Assembly: GCA_029269845.2 (NCBI GenBank)
Contig: CP149973.1
Span: 1,830,001 to 1,862,000 of the forward strand
Source of the DNA: Opitutia bacterium KCR 482
GTDB taxonomy: Bacteria; Verrucomicrobiota; Verrucomicrobiia; Opitutales; Intestinicryptomonadaceae
Length of the DNA stretch: 32,000 bases
Direction of reading: 5' to 3'
The position numbers were made by a program, and so were the translations under genes. This document shows, piece by piece, positions 24,687 to 32,000 of the stretch (its first letter is position 1; each line of letters opens with the position of its first letter). Under the pieces are notes generated by a model. It was not told the DNA's origin, did no database searches, and saw only the letters and a program-made list of their open reading frames with translations.

Positions 24687-25960
24687 TGATTTGGCTTTAC
24701 AGGCTTTTGTTTGTCCCCGCGTTCCTGCTGGCGTTCCCGTACTACGCGGTCAGAATGCTGCGCCGCGGCGGATATTCAAAAGACTTCTCGCACAGGCTCG
24801 GCGGGCAGAAAAAGCTTCCGCCGAAGTCGGGCAAAAAGCGCGTGTGGCTGCAGGCGGTAAGCGTGGGCGAGATTGAGGCTCTGGCGTCGCTTATAGACAT
24901 GCTCTCCTCCGAATTCGAGCTTGTGGTGACCACGACCACAAGTACAGCCTACAAAATTCTGCGCGAAAAATACGCGGCGAAATGCCTGTATGTCGGGGTG
25001 TTTCCGATAGACTTCTGGCTGTTTTCGGCTCGCGCGTGGGAGAAAATAAACCCCGACGTGTGCCTGCTCATGGAGGGCGAGCTTTGGCCGGAGCACATGC
25101 ATCAGGCGAAGTCGCGCGGGGCAAAAATAATGCTGCTCAACGCGCGAATGTCGGACAAGTCTTTCGGACGCTACGCAAAGTTCCCGTACGTCGCGCGGAG
25201 ACTGCTCGACAAGTTCGACGCAATTTGCGCGTCGAGCGAATTCGACGCCGCGCGTTTCATAAGGCTGGGCGCGTCGCCGCTGAAAGTATTTACGACGGGC
25301 AACATGAAGTTCGACTCGAAGCCCGCAACGGTGCTCGACGAAAACGGAAAGGCGCAGCTCCGCGCCGAAATGGGCTTTGCGCCCGACTCCCTCGTTCTGC
25401 TCGGCTCGTCCACATGGGACGGCGAGGAGGAAATGCTTTTGAAGGCCCTCGACAAAATCCGCGCTGATAAAATAGACTGCCGCCTGCTTCTCGTTCCGCG
25501 CCACGCCGAACGCCGCAACGCAGTAAAACGCCTGATTGCGGGCTATCCGCACGGCGTCCGCAGCGAATCGAAAACCGCGCCCGAAGGAACGCTCGTCTAC
25601 CTTGCCGACACTACGGGCGAACTGCGCAATTTGACGCAGATTGCGGATTTTGCGTTTGTGGGAAAAAGCCTTCCGCCCAACGTCGGCGGACAGACACCGA
25701 TTGACTGCGCAGCCCTCGGAGTGCCGATTGTCTACGGACCGAACATGACGAATTTCCGCCGCGCGTGCGAAACGCTCGAACGCGACGGCGCGGTGGTGAA
25801 AGTCCCCAACGCGGAATGCGCGGTAGTGGAGCTTGCGCGGCTTGCAAAGAATCCGCATGCGCGCGAAACGCTCGCGCAGTCGGCAAAGAAGTGGCACTCT
25901 TCGAACGTCGGCGCAAGCGCGCGCACGTTTGCAATCATAGAGGACAGGTGCGGAAAATAG
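24686..25960 (+). CDS. waaA: 3-deoxy-D-manno-octulosonic acid (Kdo) transferase
   Basis: The N-terminal membrane anchor (MIWLYRLLFVPAFLLAFPYY) and VWLQAVSVGEIEA are typical of WaaA/KdtA. The ATG at 24686 shares one nucleotide with the KAS stop codon (TAATG). The track start at 24503 lies inside the KAS gene. Confidence 0.85.
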   Translation: MIWLYRLLFVPAFLLAFPYYAVRMLRRGGYSKDFSHRLGGQKKLPPKSGKKRVWLQAVSVGEIEALASLIDMLSSEFELVVTTTTSTAYKILREKYAAKCLYVGVFPIDFWLFSARAWEKINPDVCLLMEGELWPEHMHQAKSRGAKIMLLNARMSDKSFGRYAKFPYVARRLLDKFDAICASSEFDAARFIRLGASPLKVFTTGNMKFDSKPATVLDENGKAQLRAEMGFAPDSLVLLGSSTWDGEEEMLLKALDKIRADKIDCRLLLVPRHAERRNAVKRLIAGYPHGVRSESKTAPEGTLVYLADTTGELRNLTQIADFAFVGKSLPPNVGGQTPIDCAALGVPIVYGPNMTNFRRACETLERDGAVVKVPNAECAVVELARLAKNPHARETLAQSAKKWHSSNVGASARTFAIIEDRCGK

Positions 25961-26066
25961 GGCGTAGGGCGCGGGCGGCGCGATTTTTTCGCAAAGCCGC
26001 GCAAAAAAAACTTGAAAGCGGACGGCGGCAAACCCATTTTTTTTAGCCTGTAAAAACGCAAAACAT

Positions 26067-27053
26067 ATGGCTATAAAACTTGGCATCATAGGCTACGGAA
26101 ATTTAGGCAGGGGCGTTGAAGCCGCCGTGCGCCAAAATCCCGACATGGAACTCGAAGTCGTCTTCACGCGCAGGAATCCCGAAAGCGTGAAGATTGCGAC
26201 AAAATCGGCGAAAGTCGCAAACGTTGCGGACGCCGCGGAATGGAAGGACAGGCTCGACGTCGTGATTCTCTGCGGCGGAAGCGCGACCGACCTTCCCGTG
26301 CAGACTCCCGAATACGCAAAACTTTTCAACGTGGTCGACAGCTTCGACACCCACGCGAAAATTCCCGAACACTTCGCGAAAGTGGACGCGTCAGCCCGCG
26401 CGGCGGGGAAAGTCGCCGCAATTTCGCTCGGCTGGGACCCCGGGCTTTTCTCGCTCAACCGCATGTACGCGGGCGCGATTCTCCCCGAAGGCAAAGACTA
26501 CACATTCTGGGGCAGGGGCGTAAGCCAGGGGCACTCCGACGCCGTCCGCAGAATTGCTGGCGTTAAAAACGCAAAGCAGTACACAATCCCCGTGGACAGC
26601 GCGCTCGACGCCGTCCGCAGGGGCGAAACTCCCGAACTTTCCACGCGCCAAAAACACGTCCGCGAATGCTTCGTCGTTCTCGAAGACGGCGCGGACGCCG
26701 AACGCGTCGAACGCGAAATCAAGACGATGCCCAACTACTTCGCCGACTACGACACAACCGTGCACTTCATCGACGAAGCCGAATTCAACGCAAACCACTC
26801 GAAAATTCCGCACGGCGGCATGGTTTTCAGAATCGGCAAAACGGGCTTCGAAAAGGAAAACACGCACATCATAGAGTACAAGTTGAAGCTCGACTCGAAC
26901 CCCGAATTTACGTCGAGCGCACTCGTTGCGTTTGCCCGCGCGGTCTGCCGCATGAACAAAGAGGGCATGTCGGGCTGCAAAACGATTTTCGACATTCCGC
27001 CCGCGTACCTCAGCCCGAAATCGGGCGAAGAACTGCGCTCCACGCTCCTGTAA
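26067..27053 (+). CDS. ddh: meso-diaminopimelate D-dehydrogenase
   Basis: The N-terminus MAIKLGIIGYGNLGRGVEAAVRQNPDMELEVVFTRR closely parallels characterised Ddh proteins. The length of 328 aa is appropriate. Confidence 0.85.
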   Translation: MAIKLGIIGYGNLGRGVEAAVRQNPDMELEVVFTRRNPESVKIATKSAKVANVADAAEWKDRLDVVILCGGSATDLPVQTPEYAKLFNVVDSFDTHAKIPEHFAKVDASARAAGKVAAISLGWDPGLFSLNRMYAGAILPEGKDYTFWGRGVSQGHSDAVRRIAGVKNAKQYTIPVDSALDAVRRGETPELSTRQKHVRECFVVLEDGADAERVEREIKTMPNYFADYDTTVHFIDEAEFNANHSKIPHGGMVFRIGKTGFEKENTHIIEYKLKLDSNPEFTSSALVAFARAVCRMNKEGMSGCKTIFDIPPAYLSPKSGEELRSTLL

Positions 27054-27148
27054 AATCGGCGGCGGACGCTCCGCGCGTTCAGCCAGCCGTTGGGCTGTGC
27101 CGACGCGCTTTTGCGCCGCGCCGAATGCTCGGAATTTTTCCGCAAAGC

Positions 27149-27179
27149 CGCCCGCCGCGACGAGTCGGGCGTTTTTTTT
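27149..27179 (+). terminator. Intrinsic terminator of ddh
   Basis: Stem CGCCCG / CGGGCG (27149-27154 / 27166-27171) with an 11-nt loop, followed by T8 (27172-27179). Confidence 0.6.
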
Positions 27180-27247
27180 GCGCGCCAATTGCGCGGCGGC
27201 GGGAAAAAAGAGTTGAAGAAACGGCGGCAATGTGGCATTTGTGGGAC

Positions 27248-28495
27248 ATGAAAATTTTTCAAACACTGGGTTTTGTCGGAATTGCGTCGCTTTTGGGCGC
27301 GTGCGGGCTGATTAAGGAGTCCGCATTGGATACGTCGGGGCCCGACCTTCCCGCGTTCGGACAGGAGCTTTCGTTCTTCTCCAAATACAATGCGGGCATC
27401 GTGCTTTTGGGCGAGGGAAACTCGCTCGTGGCGGTCTCTCCCAAATATCAGGGCAGGGTCATGACCTCCACGTTCGGCGGCGCGGAGGGCGCGTCGCTGG
27501 GCTGGATTAACCACAGGCTTGTCGCCGACGAAAAGGCGGCGATTCAGTCCGACGAAGTTGGCGGCGAAGACTCTTTCGGAATCGGCCCCGAAGGCGGCGA
27601 CTTCTCCGTATTCTTCCCCGCCGGCGCAACGTATTCGTCGGAAAATTGGCGCGCGCCCGAAAGCTTTTCCTCCGAACCGTGGAAGCTCACCGCGCGTTCG
27701 AAGACGCAGGCGCGTTTCGAAAAATTCGCCGATTTCGAAAACGCGAAAGGCAAGCGGTTCAAGGTAAAAGCCGAGCGCGAAATCACGGTGCTCAACCGCC
27801 CGCAGGTTTCCGAAATTCTCGGTATTGAAATTCCGGAAGCCGTAAAGCTTGTTGCGTTCCAGTCTTTCAACAAGCTAACAAACGCCGGCGACGCCGCGTG
27901 GACGCCCGAAAGCGGGCTGCTCAACATGAACGTGCAGTCGTGCTTCAACGCAAACAGGAAAGTGCGCGTGTTCATTCCGTACAGGGCGGGCGACGCCGCA
28001 AAACTCGGCGACATTGTGCGCGACAACTATTTCGAGGCGTCGTCGGGCGACGGCTCGCTGCTTGTCGACCCGTCGTATGTGGAATTCAAGGTGGACGGGC
28101 GCAACATGTCGGGAATCGGCATTTCGGGCAGGCGCAGCGAGGGCATCGCGGTTTCGTTCGACGCCTACAATAAAATTCTCACCGTCATTCTCTACATAAA
28201 GCCGTCGGGCAACTGCGCGTACCTCCAAAACGCGTGGCGCAGAAGCGGCGGCGACAGGTTCGACGGCGACGCAATTTCGGTCTACAACAACGGTCCGCTC
28301 GCCCGCACATCGGCGGCGGCGGACAGGTTCTACGAAATCACAACTTACTCTCCCGCGCTCGAATTGGCGGCAGGCAAAAGCCAGTTCCACCTGCAACGCA
28401 CCTTCCACTTCGGAGGCTCTGAGTACGACTTGGGGCTGATTTCCTACAAGCTCACGGGCATCGCCATCGGGCAGTTGCGCGGCGAAAAACAGTAA
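27248..28495 (+). CDS. Hypothetical lipoprotein of unrecognised family
   Basis: The ATG at 27248 gives MKIFQTLGFVGIASLLGAC with an LGAC lipobox. The longer track ORF (26666) overlaps ddh in another frame and is Arg-rich. The amino-acid composition of the 415-aa product looks coding, but I recognise no motif. Confidence 0.7.
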   Translation: MKIFQTLGFVGIASLLGACGLIKESALDTSGPDLPAFGQELSFFSKYNAGIVLLGEGNSLVAVSPKYQGRVMTSTFGGAEGASLGWINHRLVADEKAAIQSDEVGGEDSFGIGPEGGDFSVFFPAGATYSSENWRAPESFSSEPWKLTARSKTQARFEKFADFENAKGKRFKVKAEREITVLNRPQVSEILGIEIPEAVKLVAFQSFNKLTNAGDAAWTPESGLLNMNVQSCFNANRKVRVFIPYRAGDAAKLGDIVRDNYFEASSGDGSLLVDPSYVEFKVDGRNMSGIGISGRRSEGIAVSFDAYNKILTVILYIKPSGNCAYLQNAWRRSGGDRFDGDAISVYNNGPLARTSAAADRFYEITTYSPALELAAGKSQFHLQRTFHFGGSEYDLGLISYKLTGIAIGQLRGEKQ

Positions 28496-28526
28496 TCCAA
28501 ACAGAATTTATTTCGATAATACCGAC

Positions 28527-29594
28527 ATGAACAACCATTTTGAAATGGACGAATTTCTTCTCGAACTGCTCCGTTCGCGCTCTCCTACGGGCGTCGAACG
28601 CGAGGCGGCGGACATCGTAGAAAAATACGTTTCGTCCTATGCGGACTCGGTGAGTCGCGACGTTCTCGGAAACAGAATCGCGACCCTCGGCGCGGGCGCA
28701 AAAACGCTTATGCTCGCAGGACACATGGACGAAATCGGATTCATCGTTTCGTACATAGACGAAAACGGCTTCGTATTTTTCGAAACGCTCGGCGGGCACG
28801 ACAACGTAATGCTCCCAGGCAGGCGCGTTACAATCATGACCCGCAACGGCTACGTCTACGGCGTAACGGGCAAGCGGGCGGTACACCTCATGGACGCCAA
28901 GGAGCGCAAGGAAGTTCCCGAAATCTACGGCGTGTGGATTGACATCGGCGCGAAGTCCAAAAAGGAGGCGCAAAGCCTCGTCGAAATAGGGGATTCCGTC
29001 GTGTACGACACAATCGTCCACAAGCTCTCGCGCACGCGCTGCGCCGCGCGGGCGTTCGACGACAGGGCGGGCTGCTACTGCGCGTTCGAGGCTCTCCGCA
29101 GGCTCGCAAAGCTCGAAAAAAAGCCCGAATTCAAGGTTGTGAGCGTGGCGACCACTCAGGAGGAAATCGGCACGCGCGGCGCGTTGACCTCGGCGTACGC
29201 CGTCAAACCCGACGTCGCAATCGCAATCGACGTAGACCATGCGACCGACTTCCCCAGCTGCGACAAACGCCGTTTCGGGTATATCGAACTCGGCGCGGGC
29301 CCCGTAATTTCGCGCGGGCCGAACATCAACCCGAAAGTTTTTGAAAGGCTTGTCGAGTGCGCAAAACTCGCGGGCATTCCCTATCAGGTGAGCGCGGAAA
29401 GCAGACCAACGGGGACGGACGCGCGCGTTATCCAGATGACGCGCGGGGGCGTCGCCACGGGGCTTGTCGGCATACCGCTGCGCTACATGCACACGCCCGC
29501 GGAAGTCGCCGACCTCGACGACATCTCGAACTGCGTAAAGCTCTTGGAGGCATTCGCAATCTCGCTCAAAGAATCGGACGACTTCACTTTCTAA
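28527..29594 (+). CDS. M42-family metallopeptidase (FrvX/YpdE-like aminopeptidase)
   Basis: LLELLRSRSPTGVEREAADIV...LMLAGHMDEIGFIV...FDDRAGC...TTQEEIGTRGA...DVDHATD...RYMHTP is the M42 metal-ligand pattern. Confidence 0.85.
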   Translation: MNNHFEMDEFLLELLRSRSPTGVEREAADIVEKYVSSYADSVSRDVLGNRIATLGAGAKTLMLAGHMDEIGFIVSYIDENGFVFFETLGGHDNVMLPGRRVTIMTRNGYVYGVTGKRAVHLMDAKERKEVPEIYGVWIDIGAKSKKEAQSLVEIGDSVVYDTIVHKLSRTRCAARAFDDRAGCYCAFEALRRLAKLEKKPEFKVVSVATTQEEIGTRGALTSAYAVKPDVAIAIDVDHATDFPSCDKRRFGYIELGAGPVISRGPNINPKVFERLVECAKLAGIPYQVSAESRPTGTDARVIQMTRGGVATGLVGIPLRYMHTPAEVADLDDISNCVKLLEAFAISLKESDDFTF

Positions 29595-29595
29595 A

Positions 29596-30375
29596 ATGGC
29601 GAAATCAAAAAAAGTTCTGCTCACCCGCGAGGACAATTCGGCGGTCGCCGAAATCCTGAAATCAAAGGGCGTGGGCGCAATAGAGCTTCCTCTCGTGAAA
29701 ATCAACCTGCAAGCGGAGGAGGACGAACTGCGCGACGTCTTCGCCGAAATGGGACGCTACGACTGGCTGACGTTTTCTAGCGTCAACGGCGTGCGCGGCT
29801 TCTTCGGCGAGTTTTTGAAGTCGTTCGACGACATACGCGCGCTGGGAATCGCCCGCATCGCGTGCGTGGGCGAGGCCACCGCGCGGGAGCTTAAAAAATA
29901 CTTTCTCCGCGCCGACGTCGTTCCCGAAATCTCCACCGCCGAAAACATGGCGCAGGCGATGGCGGACTACGAGACGCTCGAAAACCTGAAAATTCTCTGC
30001 ATAATAGGCAACCTTGCCGGCAACGAGCTTTTCGACGCGCTCGAAAAAAACCGCGCCATCGTGGACGCTCTCGAAGTCTATAAAACCGAAATCGCGCGGG
30101 TCGAAAAGGACTGCGCGGCGGCGGCGGAATTCCGCAAAACGGGCGCGGACGCTGTCGTTTTCGCAAGCCCGTCGGCGGTGGAGGGCTTCGCTAAAAACGC
30201 CGAAAACCTCGCGCTGTCGGCAAAGGCGGTTCGCCCGAAAATCGTGGCGATTGGCGCGAAGACTGCGGCGGCGGTCGAAAAATTCGGCATGAAAGTCGCC
30301 GCGCAGGCTAAAAATCCATCTCCCGAAGCCGTCGCCGAGGCGGTTCTTTCGGCAGTCGGAATTTCCGAAAAATGA
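29596..30375 (+). CDS. hemD: Uroporphyrinogen-III synthase
   Basis: A HemD-like two-lobe pattern is present (VLLTRE...ELPLVKI...YDWLTFSSVNGVRGFF...IACVGEATA...VVFASPSAV). The start is 1 nt after the M42 stop. Confidence 0.7.
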   Translation: MAKSKKVLLTREDNSAVAEILKSKGVGAIELPLVKINLQAEEDELRDVFAEMGRYDWLTFSSVNGVRGFFGEFLKSFDDIRALGIARIACVGEATARELKKYFLRADVVPEISTAENMAQAMADYETLENLKILCIIGNLAGNELFDALEKNRAIVDALEVYKTEIARVEKDCAAAAEFRKTGADAVVFASPSAVEGFAKNAENLALSAKAVRPKIVAIGAKTAAAVEKFGMKVAAQAKNPSPEAVAEAVLSAVGISEK

Positions 30376-30914
30376 CGCGCGTTTTTATCTCGGCAGTCTT
30401 GGCGTCGCTTGCGTGCATGCTCGCGGCGTCGTGCTCGAAAAGCGACGGGTCGGCGTTCCCGCCCGTTCCCGTCGTCGAAAAGGCGGACATCGACGGCCTG
30501 TGGCTCATGTACGACGGCGACGAGCCCGAAACCGTGGTCGCGGTCTATCCGCGCGGCGGCAAACGCTACGCGAAAATGGTCGCAATCTACCACGACTCCA
30601 AAATGGACGACACAATCGAAAAGCCGATTGAGCGCGCCAAGGGTCTCGACGGAAAGCCGCCGCTCTGCGGTCTCGATTTTGTGTGGGATTTGATTCCCTC
30701 GTCGGACGGAAAATTCGTCGGCAAGGTCGTGAATCCCGACGACGGCGGCGTCTACCGCTGCAAACTCTGGTTCGACGCCGACTCAAAAAAACTCGTCCTG
30801 CGCGGCGAGCTTTTTGTGTTCGGTGCGAACGAGTACCTCGTTCCGTTCGAGCAGTCGAAACTTCCGTTCAAACTCGACATCGCCAAGCTTTCGCCCAATC
30901 CGCCGTGCTTGTAG
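30372..30914 (+). CDS. DUF2147-domain lipoprotein
   Basis: A lipoprotein signal (VLASLACMLAASCS) is present. GLWLMYD...GLDFVWDL...GKVVNPDDGGVYRCKLWFDADSKKLVLRGELFVFG matches the DUF2147 pattern. ATGA overlap with the hemD stop. Confidence 0.7.
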   Translation: MTRVFISAVLASLACMLAASCSKSDGSAFPPVPVVEKADIDGLWLMYDGDEPETVVAVYPRGGKRYAKMVAIYHDSKMDDTIEKPIERAKGLDGKPPLCGLDFVWDLIPSSDGKFVGKVVNPDDGGVYRCKLWFDADSKKLVLRGELFVFGANEYLVPFEQSKLPFKLDIAKLSPNPPCL

Positions 30915-31166
30915 AAATGTTTGCGCTTTGTTCGGGTTTTGCCCGAATTTCGCAAGCGCAAAAAAAAGCTGGATTTTTCCCGAAATAAAGTCGATAATGC
31001 ACGCATCAAAGGGGCTGTTGATTCATTCGCGGTTTCCGTTTGCGCGAACGCGGATTCGCTTTTGAGGCGTCCGCGGCGGCGGCGCGGACGGAACGGAATT
31101 TCAACCGCTCCACGGCGACCGCCCGCAAAACGGCGAACTCCGCAATTTATCAAAAATTGACACGAC

Positions 31167-32000
31167 ATGACAAAAAACGTAATCAGCATAATCATGGGCG
31201 GCGGGCGCGGCACGCGTTTGTATCCGCTTACGAAATACCGTTGCAAGCCCGCAGTTCCGCTCGCGGGCAAGTACAGGCTTGTGGACATTCCCATTAGCAA
31301 CTGCATAAATTCGGGTTTCGACAGCATTTACCTGCTCTCCCAATTCAACACGGCGTCGCTGCACAAGCACATTCAGCAGACATACAAGTTCGACTCGTTC
31401 GGAAACGGCTTCGTCGATATTCTCGCGGCCGAGCAGACAGATTCAGGCGGAGACTGGTATCAGGGCACGGCGGACGCCGTCCGCAAAAACATGCACCACT
31501 TCGAACGCCACGGCGAAGTCTGCCACTACCTGATTCTATCGGGAGACCAGCTCTACCAGATGAATTTCAAGGAAATGCTCAACAGGCATATCGCAAACAA
31601 TGCCGACATCACAATCGCCGCAAAGCCCATGCCAAAAAGCGAAGCGCCGAGCCTCGGCGTAATGCGCGTAAACGACAACCTCGAAATCGTCGAATTCGCC
31701 GAAAAGCCGAAAGACGAAAAAGTCATCAACTCCTTCCTCGTAGGCGACAACCTCAAACACAACCTCAAAGACCCAAATGCCGACTACTGCTTGGCGTCGA
31801 TGGGCATTTACATCTTCTCGCAGCACGTCTTGGAAGAGGCGATGTCGGGCAGCGAAATGGACTTCGGCAAGGAAATTATCCCCGGACTGCTCGGCAAGAA
31901 AAAACTCTGCGCCTACATCTTCGACGGCTATTGGGAAGACATCGGCACGGTAGGCGCGTTCTTCGAGGCGAACCTCGCCCTCACCGAACCCAACCCCGAA
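31167..32000 (+). CDS. glgC: Glucose-1-phosphate adenylyltransferase, 5' partial (continues beyond the window)
   Basis: My own translation from the ATG at 31167 reads [51 protein letters not shown]...[10 protein letters not shown]...[18 protein letters not shown]. The frame stays open to base 32000. It is absent from the ORF track because no stop codon lies in the window. Confidence 0.9.
   Translation, partial: MTKNVISIIMGGGRGTRLYPLTKYRCKPAVPLAGKYRLVDIPISNCINSGFDSIYLLSQFNTASLHKHIQQTYKFDSFGNGFVDILAAEQTDSGGDWYQGTADAVRKNMHHFERHGEVCHYLILSGDQLYQMNFKEMLNRHIANNADITIAAKPMPKSEAPSLGVMRVNDNLEIVEFAEKPKDEKVINSFLVGDNLKHNLKDPNADYCLASMGIYIFSQHVLEEAMSGSEMDFGKEIIPGLLGKKKLCAYIFDGYWEDIGTVGAFFEANLALTEPNPE

Noticed and set aside
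30915-30975. A two-tier hairpin (TTTGCGCTT..TTCGGG-ttttg-CCCGAA..AAGCGCAAA) after the DUF2147 gene, considered as a terminator.
   Set aside because: It is followed by an A-run, not a U-run, on the plus strand, and no minus-strand gene needs it. It may still be a stability element, but I cannot call it a terminator.
1-32000. Scan for CRISPR arrays, tRNA or rRNA genes, IS elements, integrases, restriction-modification genes, toxin-antitoxin pairs and known defence genes.
   Set aside because: I saw no short regularly spaced direct repeats and no GGTTCGAATCC-type T-arms in intergenic DNA. No transposase or recombinase-like ORFs are present. Every credible ORF has a housekeeping or glycan-metabolism assignment.

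Overview
GC-rich, densely coding bacterial chromosomal window. I support about 28 protein genes and see no rRNA, tRNA, CRISPR array, transposase or integrase. The gene content suggests a glycan-degrading member of the PVC group (Lentisphaerota, Verrucomicrobiota or Kiritimatiellota); this rests on secreted GH92, GH28-like, clan GH-A, GH29 and BNR/Asp-box hydrolases, a PEP-CTERM-anchored beta-helix protein and mostly absent Shine-Dalgarno signals, and is inference only. Left third: glycan-utilisation genes with an AraC regulator, interrupted by aspS. Middle: tadA, infA, a FecCD-type ABC permease, its ATPase and a flavin-reductase-like protein, then a RodZ-like protein, a Dabb protein, cca, grpE and dnaJ. 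Right: a PEP-CTERM protein, a FabZ-like dehydratase, a FabB-like KAS and waaA, then ddh, a lipoprotein/M42 peptidase/hemD/DUF2147 operon, and a 5'-partial glgC that runs off the window and is missing from the ORF track. The most unusual stretch is the 857-bp ORF-free gap at 15518-16373. It holds three degenerate ~150-bp tandem repeats closed by a strong intrinsic terminator, then an AT-rich tract with TTATC motifs, then nine different short GC-rich stem-loops leading into the RodZ-like gene. I could not match it to any RNA family I can recognise by eye. It is my best candidate for something undescribed (tandem sRNA array or large structured RNA), but that is a hypothesis. I see no protein-based novel system (defence, toxin-antitoxin or mobile element). 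Many long ORFs in the track are antisense or out-of-frame artefacts of high GC content.
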